A stretch of DNA of 64,000 nt from Chitinophagales bacterium (GTDB lineage Bacteria; Bacteroidota; Bacteroidia; Chitinophagales; JADIYW01): positions 46,244 through 110,243 of the forward strand of contig JAMLHH010000006.1 in assembly GCA_023957215.1 (NCBI GenBank), read 5' to 3'. The translations under genes were made by a program, and so were the position numbers. Each line of letters starts with the position of its first letter. Position 1 is the stretch's first letter. Positions 1-10,962 of this stretch are shown piece by piece. Below the pieces are notes generated by a model that made no database searches, was not told the origin of the DNA, and saw only the letters and a list, made by a program, of their open reading frames with translations.

Positions 1-552
1 CTGCAAAATGTATATCTCTTGTTCCTTTTTATCCTTCTGATGTCCACCTTGGTATCTACTTTTAGACAAATCCAAGAAAGATTCCCGGTTTTTGTTGAAA
101 ATTTGACAGGTGATCCTACTTATGGATATACACGTGACTGGCAAAATTATATCAGAATGACCCAGTGGTGTACCCAAGAATTTCCTAATGAGACTCCATC
201 TATTGCCGTCAGAAAGGCACCTATGTCCTATATTTTTTCTCAGGGGAAAGAGTTTTATGGTATTTATAGCACACCTACCGAAAATGCAGATTCATTGTTA
301 ATGCCATTGAGAGCAGCAAATGTCAAATATATGATGCTTGCCGAATTGCGTTTGGTGGAAGATAGATACATTGAAGGACAATTTATTGGGACACTGCATA
401 GATACGCCTATTTTATACAACAAAAATATCCGAAGGCTTTTGATTTTGTCCATCAGGAAGGAGATTATGAGAAATCTCAACTCTTTAAAATAAATTATCA
501 ATACATTGACAGTCTGAGCGCTGTACTCAAGCAAAACGAATTAAATGACTAA
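1..552 (+). CDS. C-terminal part of a membrane protein (5'-truncated by the window edge), possibly a GT-C/ArnT-like glycosyltransferase
   Basis: Frame is open from base 1; a hydrophobic helix is followed by a soluble domain; overlaps the start of the downstream glycosyltransferase gene. Confidence 0.45.
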   Translation: MQNVYLLFLFILLMSTLVSTFRQIQERFPVFVENLTGDPTYGYTRDWQNYIRMTQWCTQEFPNETPSIAVRKAPMSYIFSQGKEFYGIYSTPTENADSLLMPLRAANVKYMMLAELRLVEDRYIEGQFIGTLHRYAYFIQQKYPKAFDFVHQEGDYEKSQLFKINYQYIDSLSAVLKQNELND

Positions 553-1984
553 CACACAATCTGATAGAAAGAAGCATATTTTTCATCATTTTGAAGCTAT
601 TGCCATGCGATACCCTCAATATCGACAGCGTTTTTCCTATTATGGGAAAGATATAGTGAGTTGTTTTAATTTTTTTATCACCGATGCTGATTCTGTCTTG
701 GAAATAGGCTGTGGTTTTGGTGAGACAATCGGCAAATTAAAAGGTAGTCAAAAAGTAGGAGTGGATTTTTCTCCTAAGATGATAGAAATGGCTAAAAATA
801 CATTTCCCGATGTGGAATATTATGTAATGGATGCCGAAAACTTATCTTTGGATAAAAAGTTTGATGTTATCATTTTCAACAATGTCATTGGCTATTTTGA
901 AAATATTCAAGATGTTTTTTCCGCAATCAAGAAAAATTGCCACGAACATACGCGGGTGATTATTTCATATTACAATCATTATTGGGAACCTATTCTAAAA
1001 CTGGGTGAGTGGTTTGGTTTTAAAATAAAATCACCTCAACAAAATTGGTTAGATGCCGGTGATATTTCTAATCTTTTATATCTAAGCGGTTTTGAAACTT
1101 ACAGAAAAAACAAAAGACTGCTTTTCCCTGTCTATATTCCCATTCTCTCTTGGCTCATCAACAAATATGTGGCAAAATTGCCCTTGTTTAAATCTTTGTG
1201 TTTAAATCAATTTCTTTTTGCCAGACCTTTTTTAAGTAGTAGAGATGAGGAGGTCACCGATAAATATTCAGTGAGTATCTGTATTCCTGCACGCAATGAA
1301 AGTGGAAATATTGAAGATGCGATTTTAAGACTTCCTAAGTTTGGCAAACACCAAGAAATTATTTTTGTAGAGGGAAATTCTACGGATGATACTTGGAGTA
1401 AAATTCAAGAAATTCAGACAAAATACAAAGATACACACGATATCAAAATAGCTCAACAAGAGGGTAAAGGAAAGGGCGATGCCGTGCGTAAAGGATATTC
1501 TATCGCCACCCAAGATATTTTGATGATTTTGGATGCTGATTTGACGATGCCACCGGAAGAACTGCCCAAATTTTACAATGCTATTTCTACCGGCAAAGGC
1601 GAGTTTATCAATGGCTCACGTCTTGTCTATCCGATGGATAAAGAGGCGATGCGCTTTTTAAATACTTTAGGCAATAAATTTTTTAGTTATCTGTTTTCTT
1701 GGTTACTTGAACAACCGATTAAAGATACTTTGTGTGGAACGAAAGTGATGTTTCGCAAGGATTATTTGAAGCTCATCCAAAACAGAAGTTTCTTTGGAGA
1801 TTTTGACCCTTTTGGCGACTATGACTTATTATTTGGAGCATACAAACTCAACCTGAAAATCATAGACTTACCGATTAGATACAAAGAACGTACTTACGGC
1901 TCTACCAATATTTCACGATTTACCAATGGTTGGATGCTATTGCGCATGTGCTGGTTTGCAGCGAGAAAGATTAAATTCTGGTAG
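545..1984 (+). CDS. Bifunctional class I SAM-dependent methyltransferase / GT2 glycosyltransferase
   Basis: N-terminal VLEIGCGFG SAM motif; C-terminal SICIPARNE, GKGKGDAVR, ILDADLT and DTLCGTK motifs of DPM1-like GT2. Confidence 0.88.
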   Translation: MTNTQSDRKKHIFHHFEAIAMRYPQYRQRFSYYGKDIVSCFNFFITDADSVLEIGCGFGETIGKLKGSQKVGVDFSPKMIEMAKNTFPDVEYYVMDAENLSLDKKFDVIIFNNVIGYFENIQDVFSAIKKNCHEHTRVIISYYNHYWEPILKLGEWFGFKIKSPQQNWLDAGDISNLLYLSGFETYRKNKRLLFPVYIPILSWLINKYVAKLPLFKSLCLNQFLFARPFLSSRDEEVTDKYSVSICIPARNESGNIEDAILRLPKFGKHQEIIFVEGNSTDDTWSKIQEIQTKYKDTHDIKIAQQEGKGKGDAVRKGYSIATQDILMILDADLTMPPEELPKFYNAISTGKGEFINGSRLVYPMDKEAMRFLNTLGNKFFSYLFSWLLEQPIKDTLCGTKVMFRKDYLKLIQNRSFFGDFDPFGDYDLLFGAYKLNLKIIDLPIRYKERTYGSTNISRFTNGWMLLRMCWFAARKIKFW

Positions 1985-2064
1985 CATATCTTCGGGCTTT
2001 GTAAGCACTCGAATTATCTTTTGTATTTCTCTTTTTTTCATTCTGAAAACATATTAGGTTTTCA

Positions 2065-2072
2065 TAACTTTG
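2065..2072 (+). promoter_or_regulatory. Bacteroidota sigma70 -7 box upstream of asnS
   Basis: TAACTTTG matches TAnnTTTG, about 20 nt before the ATG. Confidence 0.55.
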
Positions 2073-2093
2073 CAAATCTAAAAATTGTGTCGA

Positions 2094-3536
2094 ATGACGG
2101 ACTTAAAGACGATAGCAGAAATATTAAAAGAAGCCCAAATAGGTAGCGAAATGACCATCAGAGGGTGGGTGCGGACAAAGAGAGATAGTAAAAATGTAGT
2201 GTTTATCAATATCAATGATGGCTCTACCATCCATAGCATACAAGTAGTAGCAGACCCGACACAATTTAATGAACAACTTTTACATGATATCAATACCGGC
2301 GCAGGTGTGGCAGTGAAAGGTATCTTGATAGCCTCACAAGGAAGTGGACAAGCCGTAGAATTGACAGCAAAGGAAATTAACCTATATGGAAAGGCTGATC
2401 CCAATGAGTTTCCGCTACAACCTAAAAAGCATTCTTTAGAATTTTTACGCGAGATAGCACACTTACGACCACGTACCAACACTTTCGGTGCAATTTTGAG
2501 AGTGAGACATGCTCTGGCTTTTGCCATTCATAAATATTTCAATGATAAGGGTTTTTATTACCTCAATACACCGATTATTACGGGTTCGGATGCAGAAGGT
2601 GCCGGCGAAATGTTTAGGGTGACTACTTTGGATGCACAAAATCCACCTTTGACAGAAGAAGGTAAAATTGATTACAAACAAGATTTTTTTGGTCAAGAAA
2701 CCAATTTAACTGTCTCTGGTCAGTTAGAGGGTGAACTTGGGGCATTGGCTTTGGGTAAAATTTACACCTTTGGACCTACTTTTAGAGCTGAAAACTCCAA
2801 TACTGCCCGTCACTTAGCAGAATTTTGGATGATAGAACCTGAAATGGCTTTTTATCAGCTAAAAGACAATATGGATTTGGCAGAAGATTTTTTAAAATAT
2901 TTGATACAATATGCCATGCAAAATTGTGCGGATGAATTGGTGTTTTTGGAAAAGCGACTTTTAGATGAAGAAAAACAATTAGCAAACGAAGAAAGAGCGC
3001 CGATGGCACTTCGTGAAAAATTGCAATTCATTATCGACAATCCATTTAAAAGATTGACATATACTGAGGCAATAGATGTACTCCTTAACTCAAAGGCTCA
3101 TAAAAAAGGCAAGTTTAAGTTTCCTGTCGAGTGGGGAATCGATTTACAATCTGAACATGAGAGATATTTGGTGGAAAAGGAATTTAAAGCACCGGTGATT
3201 TTGACAAATTATCCTAAAGATATCAAGGCTTTCTACATGAAACAGAATGAAGACGGGAAAACTGTCGGTGCGATGGATGTTTTGTTCCCGGGGATAGGTG
3301 AAATTATTGGCGGGTCAGAACGCGAAAGTGACTATGATAAACTTTTACAAAGAATAGAAGAACTCAATATCAATAAAGAGACCATCTGGTGGTATCTTGA
3401 AACGAGGAAATTCGGCTCCGTCCCTCACAGCGGATTTGGATTGGGGTTTGAAAGATTGGCACTTTTTGTGACCGGCATGAGAAATATCAGAGATGTCATT
3501 CCTTTCCCTCGTACACCTAAAAGTGCTAAGTTTTAA
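2094..3536 (+). CDS. asnS: Asparagine--tRNA ligase
   Basis: OB-fold start GWVRTKR; [32 protein letters not shown] and GFGLGFER motifs; ATG at 2094. Confidence 0.97.
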   Translation: MTDLKTIAEILKEAQIGSEMTIRGWVRTKRDSKNVVFININDGSTIHSIQVVADPTQFNEQLLHDINTGAGVAVKGILIASQGSGQAVELTAKEINLYGKADPNEFPLQPKKHSLEFLREIAHLRPRTNTFGAILRVRHALAFAIHKYFNDKGFYYLNTPIITGSDAEGAGEMFRVTTLDAQNPPLTEEGKIDYKQDFFGQETNLTVSGQLEGELGALALGKIYTFGPTFRAENSNTARHLAEFWMIEPEMAFYQLKDNMDLAEDFLKYLIQYAMQNCADELVFLEKRLLDEEKQLANEERAPMALREKLQFIIDNPFKRLTYTEAIDVLLNSKAHKKGKFKFPVEWGIDLQSEHERYLVEKEFKAPVILTNYPKDIKAFYMKQNEDGKTVGAMDVLFPGIGEIIGGSERESDYDKLLQRIEELNINKETIWWYLETRKFGSVPHSGFGLGFERLALFVTGMRNIRDVIPFPRTPKSAKF

Positions 3537-3577
3537 ACTTCTTATAATATCAAACGTCTAATCGTTAAAACGGCAAT

Positions 3578-5029
3578 ATGTTAAAACAAACTCAAGCTCA
3601 AAAAATGTTGCAAAAACTGTCTCCTCAACAGATACAGTTGATGAAGTTATTGCAAGTACCTACAGATGCTTTGGAGCAAAGAATCAAAGAAGAAATGGAA
3701 ATCAACCCTGCCTTGGAAGAGGGTAGGGATGATGCGGAGTTTGAAAAAGATGATTATGATGATACTGCTGATGAGCAGGAAGCTTCGGAGCAAAATGAAG
3801 ACTTGGGCATGGATGATTATTTGGATGAGGATTCTTATGATTATCGTGAAGATAGTGGTGGATATGATCCCAATCAGGAAGAAAAGTCAGTACCTGTTGC
3901 AGTGACCAAAAGCTTCCATGATTTGCTTTATGAACAACTTTCGCATTTATATTTAGATGAAACTGAAAGTATTATTGCTAACCAATTGGTGGGAAGTATT
4001 GATGATGACGGCTACATCAGACGTGAATTAGAAGCTGTTGCAGACGATTTGGCATTTTCACAAGGGCTTTCTGTTAGTTTGGAGCAGATAGAAGAAGTTT
4101 TGGAGAAAATCCAGCACTTTGAACCCGCCGGAGTGGGTGCTCGAGATTTACAAGAATGTTTGTTGTTGCAATTGTTAAGAAAAAATGACACAAACACTCA
4201 AACCCAATTAGCCATCAAAATAATAGGAGAGCATTATGAATCTTTTATAAAAAAACATTATGACAAATTAGCGAAACAACTCAATATTGATGATGAGACA
4301 CTCAAAGAAGTAATCGATGAGATTATAAAATTAAATCCGAAACCGGGAGGAGCTTCTGCCAATATTGCCGCTCCGCACCAAGTGATTATACCGGATTTTA
4401 CCTTAATTAATAACAACGGCGAACTTGAAATTGTCTTAAACGGGAAAAATGCTCCCCATTTACGTGTAAGCGATAGCTTCAAAGACATGATCAACGATTA
4501 CAATAAAAGCAAAGAAAAAGATAAGCAACAAAAAGAAGCTTTACTTTTTATCAAACAAAAAATAGATTCTGCCAAATGGTTTATTGATGCTATCAAACAA
4601 CGCCAACATACCCTTTTAGTGACCATGAATGCCATCGTCAACTACCAAAAAGCATTCTTTTTGAGTGGCGACGAGACACAATTGAGACCTATGATTTTAA
4701 AGGATATTGCTAAAATGACCGATTTGGACATCTCTACTGTCTCACGTGTGGCAAACAGTAAATATATCCAAACAGAATATGGTACTTTCCTTTTAAAATA
4801 CTTTTTCTCCGAATCACTGCAAACTGATAGTGGAGATGAAGTTTCTACCCGTGAAGTAAAAAGTATTTTGGAAGGTATTATTCATTCTGAAGATAAAAGC
4901 AAACCTCATTCAGATGAACTTATCACGACTTTATTAAAAGAGCGAGGCTATAATATAGCAAGGCGTACCGTTGCAAAATATCGTGAACAATTGGGAATTC
5001 CGGTTGCGAGATTGCGCAAAGAACTTTAG
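3578..5029 (+). CDS. rpoN: RNA polymerase sigma-54 factor
   Basis: Gln/Leu-rich region I, GVGARDLQECL, STVSRV HTH and RpoN box ARRTVAKYRE. Confidence 0.97.
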   Translation: MLKQTQAQKMLQKLSPQQIQLMKLLQVPTDALEQRIKEEMEINPALEEGRDDAEFEKDDYDDTADEQEASEQNEDLGMDDYLDEDSYDYREDSGGYDPNQEEKSVPVAVTKSFHDLLYEQLSHLYLDETESIIANQLVGSIDDDGYIRRELEAVADDLAFSQGLSVSLEQIEEVLEKIQHFEPAGVGARDLQECLLLQLLRKNDTNTQTQLAIKIIGEHYESFIKKHYDKLAKQLNIDDETLKEVIDEIIKLNPKPGGASANIAAPHQVIIPDFTLINNNGELEIVLNGKNAPHLRVSDSFKDMINDYNKSKEKDKQQKEALLFIKQKIDSAKWFIDAIKQRQHTLLVTMNAIVNYQKAFFLSGDETQLRPMILKDIAKMTDLDISTVSRVANSKYIQTEYGTFLLKYFFSESLQTDSGDEVSTREVKSILEGIIHSEDKSKPHSDELITTLLKERGYNIARRTVAKYREQLGIPVARLRKEL

Positions 5030-5137
5030 TTCTCTTTAATAAATTATTATAGTTTGACGTTTTACCAATAGATTTCTATTGCAAGAAAAACAAAGACTTA
5101 TATTTAACAATTATATTTGATAAATATTTAAAATTCA

Positions 5138-6790
5138 ATGACCTTTTCAGCCAAAAACAGAGGACAATTAATAGATGATTTAGAAAAAAACGAATTTGAT
5201 TTATTAATAATTGGAGGTGGAATTACCGGTGCAGGTATCGCTTTAGATGCATCTCTGAGAGGTCTGAAAGTAGCTTTGGTTGAAAAAGAAGACTTTGCAA
5301 GTGGAACGAGTAGTCGCTCAACCAAATTAATTCATGGTGGCTTGCGCTATCTCAAACAATTAGAATTTGGAATCGTAAAAGAAACCGGACATGAAAGAGC
5401 GATTCTACATCAAAATGCTCCACATCTCGTTTATCCCGAAAAAATGATTTTACCTATCATACAAGGTGGTTCGCTCGGTAGGTATTCCACTTCTCTCGGC
5501 TTATATGCTTATGATTATCTCGCAGGTGTAAAAAGAAAAGAAAGAAGAAAAATGCTCAATAAGAAAGGGACAATGAATTTAGAACCTTTGTTGAGAGAAG
5601 AAATTTTATTGGGTAGTGGTGTCTATATTGAATATCGTTCGGATGATGCAAGATTAGTCGTAGAAGTTCTAAAAACGGCTTTTACAAAAGGTGCAATCGC
5701 CGTTAATTATGTAAAAGCTGAAAAGCTGACTTATGAAAACGGCATTGTAAATGGTGCTGTTTTGTATGATGACAGATCTGAATATAGATTTAAAGTTAAG
5801 GCTAAAAAAATTATCAATGCGACCGGTCCTTGGGTAGATGAAATCAGAGAGGACGATAAATCTCTTTCAGAGAAAAAATTGCACTTGACAAAAGGGGTAC
5901 ATATCGTTATCAACAGAGATAGATTACCTATCAGTCATGCCGTTTATTTTGATGTACCGACGGATAAAAGGATGGTTTTTGCTATCCCAAGACAGAATGT
6001 AGTTTATATCGGAACGACCGATACAAATTATACTTCCGACAAAAACCATGTATATGCTGATGCAAAAGATGTGTCTTATTTATTGAGAGCTGCCAATTAT
6101 ATTTTCCCGAGAGCCAAATTGGTGATGGATGATATTTGTTCTTCTTGGGCAGGACTCAGGCCTTTGATACATGAAGAAGGAAAAGGACCGTCTGAACTTT
6201 CAAGAAAAGATGAGATTTTTATTTCTAAATCGGGTCTAATATCTATTGCAGGAGGTAAATTGACAGGATATAGAAAAATGGCAGAAAGAACTGTAGATGT
6301 GGCTTTAAAGCAATTAAATCAGGAAGAAGGTATGCCTTATGTGGCTTGCAGTACAATAGATACAATACTGGCAGGTGGTGATATTTTAGGTCAAAAGACA
6401 CTCAACGATTTCATTGAAAAACTGTCAAAAGATTATCCGACATTTAATAGAAAAGAGATAATTATTTTAGCACATAAATACGGCTCAAATGCTGTTGAGA
6501 TTTTAAAGACAGCATTGCTAAAACAAGGAGATGGTAATACTCTACTGAATGCCGAGATTGATTATTGCATAGAAAATGAAATGTGTAGCAATCTATCAGA
6601 TTTCATCATCAGAAGGACAGGACGACTTTATTTTGAAAGACCTTCGTTAGAAAAACTGTATCCTTACATTCACCAATATATCATGCAAACTCTATGCACC
6701 AACGATGTCATTAGGGAACGTGATTTGAAAACTTTTGAAAAAGAGTTCCGTGCAAGTTTGGAGTTTAAGTTCAAAAAAGAAACCATCTAA
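5138..6790 (+). CDS. glpD: FAD-dependent glycerol-3-phosphate dehydrogenase/oxidase
   Basis: IIGGGITGAG, DFASGTSSRSTKLIHGGLRYL, WAGLRPL, GGKLTGYR. Confidence 0.92.
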   Translation: MTFSAKNRGQLIDDLEKNEFDLLIIGGGITGAGIALDASLRGLKVALVEKEDFASGTSSRSTKLIHGGLRYLKQLEFGIVKETGHERAILHQNAPHLVYPEKMILPIIQGGSLGRYSTSLGLYAYDYLAGVKRKERRKMLNKKGTMNLEPLLREEILLGSGVYIEYRSDDARLVVEVLKTAFTKGAIAVNYVKAEKLTYENGIVNGAVLYDDRSEYRFKVKAKKIINATGPWVDEIREDDKSLSEKKLHLTKGVHIVINRDRLPISHAVYFDVPTDKRMVFAIPRQNVVYIGTTDTNYTSDKNHVYADAKDVSYLLRAANYIFPRAKLVMDDICSSWAGLRPLIHEEGKGPSELSRKDEIFISKSGLISIAGGKLTGYRKMAERTVDVALKQLNQEEGMPYVACSTIDTILAGGDILGQKTLNDFIEKLSKDYPTFNRKEIIILAHKYGSNAVEILKTALLKQGDGNTLLNAEIDYCIENEMCSNLSDFIIRRTGRLYFERPSLEKLYPYIHQYIMQTLCTNDVIRERDLKTFEKEFRASLEFKFKKETI

Positions 6791-7010
6791 TAGAAAGTTT
6801 GTTCCCATCATTTTATCTTTTTCAATTCAGGTGACTGATTGTTAAGAGCGACCAATCCTGTGTATTTTGAAACTATTTTTAAAATTGCCATATAGAATAT
6901 TTGACTAAAGTTAATATCATGGTAAAATTTTTATCAAATACACTTAAAAAATTTAAAAAATAACTTTAGATGTTTACATTTGAAGTATAATTTAAGTAAA
7001 AAAGAATTCT

Positions 7011-8216
7011 ATGTTAAGAAAACTCTTGTCCGGCTTTTTGATAACAGCTTTTGTTGCGCCGATTTATGCACAAACCGATGATGATGGTACAAATGAGAAT
7101 ACAGCTCAGACATCTGTTACAACATCCTTGAATATTGATGAGACGGCTGACGAACAAGCTGACTCAATAGTGGAATACCCTTTTGGTTTGGATAGTCTTG
7201 AATATGCTATTTTTCAAGATATGACGGCTAAGCGTCCTGAAGGAAAGGGTTGGTACATTGAATTTGATGCCGGCTGGGGTATGCCATTTATGCCTGTCAA
7301 CAAAAGATCTCCTCTTCAAGAAATAGGTGATAAAGATTGGTATCAAAGACCTGGTCAAAATGTATTAAGAGTTAGTTCTAACTTTGGTACTAACGGCGGT
7401 GGTTGGGCAGGTAATTTTACCGTTGGACACATGTTCAACAAAAACATAGGTTTGGATTTCACCGGTACTTTGGCCAAACATCCTGAAGGTTTGGATGCCA
7501 GAATTGATATTCCTGGTTATTTTGCACAACAAAGAACAACAACAACGGCTTTGTATATAGCTCCGCATTTGGTATTAAAGACAACTAAAGGCAAATTTGG
7601 GGTGACAAGTAAAGTCGGTTTCTTCGCTCCTGTATATGGTGCGACCATGTCTAAGGCTCAAATTAGAGATAGAAATGGAAGAATGTTACAAACCCTATTA
7701 GGTATGCCAATAGAGCCTTTGGGTGGTGGTCTTGCAAAAATTGATTTTGATGCGAAACTCAAAACAGAATACCATCCTACTTTAGGAATCAGTAGCTCTA
7801 TCTCTTTGGATTATATCTTAGGACCTAATTTAAAAATATTTGCTAGAGCAAGAGTTGCAGCATATACTATCTCTTTGAGAGAAACCAACTTTAAAGAGCT
7901 TACTATGAAGACAGAAATCTTAGGTATTCCGATTGACGAATTAGGACCTTTGAGAACAAATATCAACGATGTAAGTGAAGCACCTACTTTCCTTAAAAAA
8001 ATTACCTATCACAAAACTTTAACAGAAGCTAATAATACAGCAAGATACGGCGGAAAGGTAGATTTGGATAAGCCGATGGAAGAACTTGGTATAAAATATA
8101 ATGCATCTTCTCTTTATTTCAGTATAGGATTTACTTGGCAATTTGACGGTAAATGGGATACAAGAGGAGTAAAGAAAGCAAAAAAAGAAGCAGCTAAAAT
8201 TAGAGCCGCAAAATAA
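7011..8216 (+). CDS. Secreted, probable outer-membrane beta-barrel protein of unknown function
   Basis: Signal peptide, acidic linker, alternating amphipathic beta-strands, terminal strand LYFSIGFTWQF followed by a Lys-rich tail. Confidence 0.6.
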   Translation: MLRKLLSGFLITAFVAPIYAQTDDDGTNENTAQTSVTTSLNIDETADEQADSIVEYPFGLDSLEYAIFQDMTAKRPEGKGWYIEFDAGWGMPFMPVNKRSPLQEIGDKDWYQRPGQNVLRVSSNFGTNGGGWAGNFTVGHMFNKNIGLDFTGTLAKHPEGLDARIDIPGYFAQQRTTTTALYIAPHLVLKTTKGKFGVTSKVGFFAPVYGATMSKAQIRDRNGRMLQTLLGMPIEPLGGGLAKIDFDAKLKTEYHPTLGISSSISLDYILGPNLKIFARARVAAYTISLRETNFKELTMKTEILGIPIDELGPLRTNINDVSEAPTFLKKITYHKTLTEANNTARYGGKVDLDKPMEELGIKYNASSLYFSIGFTWQFDGKWDTRGVKKAKKEAAKIRAAK

Positions 8217-8231
8217 TTTAATATATAAGCT

Positions 8232-8265
8232 AAAAAAGGGTTGCTCAAAAAAGCAACCCTTTTTT
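8232..8265. terminator. Bidirectional rho-independent terminator
   Basis: AAAAAAGGGTTGCT-loop-AGCAACCCTTTTTT between convergent genes. Confidence 0.88.
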
Positions 8266-8279
8266 ATTGTAAAATGAAC

Positions 8280-9116
8280 TTATAGTTTACTATTCATCCA
8301 ATCGATGACATCTTGGATCACGATATCTTTTTCAGGATCGTTGTGAACCTCATGATAAAGTCCTTTGTATAGCTTTAAACTGACTAAAGAAGGATTGGCA
8401 TTTGCTACAAAATCTTTTGAGCCTTGTGGATCCACAATCAAATCTCCGGTGCCATGTATGATAAAGGTCGGAATATGTACCTCTTGGGCATGAGCGATTG
8501 CATATTCTCCGGCATCCATGATGGCAATACCCATTTTTGCAGATACTTTATCGTGAACCAAAGGATCGTTTTTGTATTTTTCTACGATAGATTTATCTCT
8601 TGATATGTGATTAGGATCTAAGCCGGTAGGAAGTGTCAGTTTGGGGACAAAATTCTGAGTCAGCCTACCCATAAAAATCTTTATTCCCGGCTGTTTGAAT
8701 TTAAGTCTGAAATACGGAGCAGAAAGCACAGCTGCTTTTAATTGAGGCTGTCGTCTGATGAGATAATTAGCGGTAAGTCCTCCACCCATACTATGTCCGT
8801 ATATTAAATGTGGAATATCGGGGAATAAGTCTTTAGTTTTATCAACTGCTAATTGCAAGTCATCTAAAAATTGATCATAGCTTGGAATATGACCTCTCGG
8901 TCCTTCAGATTTTCCGTGACCTCTGTGGTCGTAGCCTACAATCGCATATCCAGCCGAAGTGATCTTTTCTGCCAGATACTCATATCTCTCTATATATTCT
9001 CCCATACCGTGCACCAAGGTAATTACAGCTTTAGTACTGTCTTCATTGGGTTGCCATGACACGGCATGAAGATGTATACCGTCACTTGCCGTCAATGTAT
9101 ATTGGTCTTTTTTCAT
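8280..9116 (-). CDS. Lysophospholipase/monoacylglycerol lipase-type alpha/beta hydrolase
   Basis: VHGMGE, DHRGHGKS, GHSMGG nucleophile, HGTGD, YHEVHN. Confidence 0.9.
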   Translation of the reverse strand: MKKDQYTLTASDGIHLHAVSWQPNEDSTKAVITLVHGMGEYIERYEYLAEKITSAGYAIVGYDHRGHGKSEGPRGHIPSYDQFLDDLQLAVDKTKDLFPDIPHLIYGHSMGGGLTANYLIRRQPQLKAAVLSAPYFRLKFKQPGIKIFMGRLTQNFVPKLTLPTGLDPNHISRDKSIVEKYKNDPLVHDKVSAKMGIAIMDAGEYAIAHAQEVHIPTFIIHGTGDLIVDPQGSKDFVANANPSLVSLKLYKGLYHEVHNDPEKDIVIQDVIDWMNSKL

Positions 9117-9201
9117 TCTTTTTCTTTTTATAAAAATACAAATTTGTGTTGATTTCTTCTTCTTTAATGCTGTATTTCAAAATGACAGATTTACCCACTC
9201 T

Positions 9202-10913
9202 TTAATCATTCATTAAAAAGACTTTCCCTTCATAAGCTTGAAAGCTCTTTCGATTTGTTTTTAAATGGGTTGAAAGTATGACTTCACCGTTGATAGTTGG
9301 TGATTCTATTGAAGATTTTGACATATTGAGAACGATCAGATATTTGTGACCTTCTAAAATTCTGTAAAAAGCAAAAACCTTTTGATTGCATAAACTTTCA
9401 GCGATTTCGAGTTGCCCTTTTTGTAAGGCGGGAGTATGATTTCTGAGAAATAGAATCTTTTTATAGAAATTGTATTGAGAATTAGCGTCTGCTTTTTGTG
9501 TTTCAACGTTGATTTGTGGGTAGTTTTCTGCTATCGGCAGCCAAGGTTTTGCATTTTTATCGCAAAAACCAGCATTGGGTAGGTTGCTCCAAAGCATAGG
9601 CGTTCTACATTCATCTCTATTTAAAATTTCTACTGATTTATTAACCAAAACTGAGGGAAGCCATTTGTTTGTTACAGGTCTTTACCGTCTTTCAAAAGGT
9701 ATGATGACTCTCGGAATACCTAACTCTTTTTCTCCAAAATAGGTAAAAGGTATGCCACGAGATGTAAATTGGTACATGGCTAAAAGTTTTGCTTTCTCCA
9801 CATTTCCTCCCAAGCGTGAAATAATACGATTCCTGTCGTGATTACCAAAAACAAGTGTAGGTATCAAAGGGTCTGCAAAGTACTTTTCAAAGGTCTCTGT
9901 CATTTCTTTATATTTCTTCGCCTTAAACGGCATTGAAATAGCATTAAACATAAAAACAGCATGTAATCCGTTTTCCCCCTTATAAGTACAAAACTGGCGA
10001 AGGGTACTTTCATGCCCATGTGATTCTCCTATCAAGACTCTTTTGGGATGGTCAAATTCATCTATGACAGCTCTTAATTCTGTCGCAAAACCAAAACTTT
10101 CTTCTTGGAGGAAATTATTTTCCAACTTTTGAAAGAAAATGGTCAAAGACTTATCCGAAGGTGTTAAATGTGGGCTGGAGGGATTGTTCTTTAAAAGAGG
10201 ATCTTCATATATGGCGCTGATAATGTTCGTCCTAAATCCATCGACTCCTTTGTCTAACCAAAATCTGGCTATGTCAAACATGGCTTTTTGACATCAGGAT
10301 TTCTATAATTCAAATCCGGCTGAAAGGGGAGAAAGCCGTTGTAATAAAACTGTTTGCGACTTTCGTGATAAGTCCACGCCCAATTGCCTGACATCGCCCG
10401 CCAGTTATTGGGTCTTTTTAACCCGTTTTTCCCTTTCCCGTCTTTCCATATATACCAGTCAGCCTTGGGATTGTCACGTGAAGATGCAGATTCTTTAAAC
10501 CATGTATGTTCGTCAGAAGTATGGTTCATTACCAAGTCAAAAACCAATTTCATATTTCTTTTATGCACTTCCGACAAAAGCTTGTCAAAAGTTTCCATTG
10601 TGCCGTACTGCTCAGAAACTTTGGTGTAATTACTGACATCGTAACCAAAGTCTTTTTGAGGACTTTCTGTATAAGGTGAAATCCAAATCGTCTCATATCC
10701 CAAGTCTTGAAGATAATCTAATTTGTCTATCACGCCCTGCAAATCGCCAATACCATCTCCGTCGGTATCTAACCATGAACGGGGATAAATCTGATAAACG
10801 GTCGTTGTTCGCCACCATTCTTCATTGAAGTCATTTGCATTCAAAACTTCTTCTTTATTCCTTGCTAATAAATTTAGAAAGAACAAAAGAATAATTATAA
10901 AAATCGACTTCAT
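9202..10913 (-). pseudogene. GH13 alpha-glucosidase/oligo-1,6-glucosidase split into three ORFs (true pseudogene or sequence errors)
   Basis: YQIYPRSW, GIGDLQG, DLVMNHTS and QPDLN in 10269-10913; DGFR and GNHDRNR in 9682-10281; RDECRTPM in 9202-9648; frameshift in an A-run near 10285, and indels plus a stop near 9682-9700. Confidence 0.85.
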
Positions 10914-10962
10914 AGATTATCAAAATAAGTAAATTTTTAGACAAATCCTCAGTATTGCTCTA

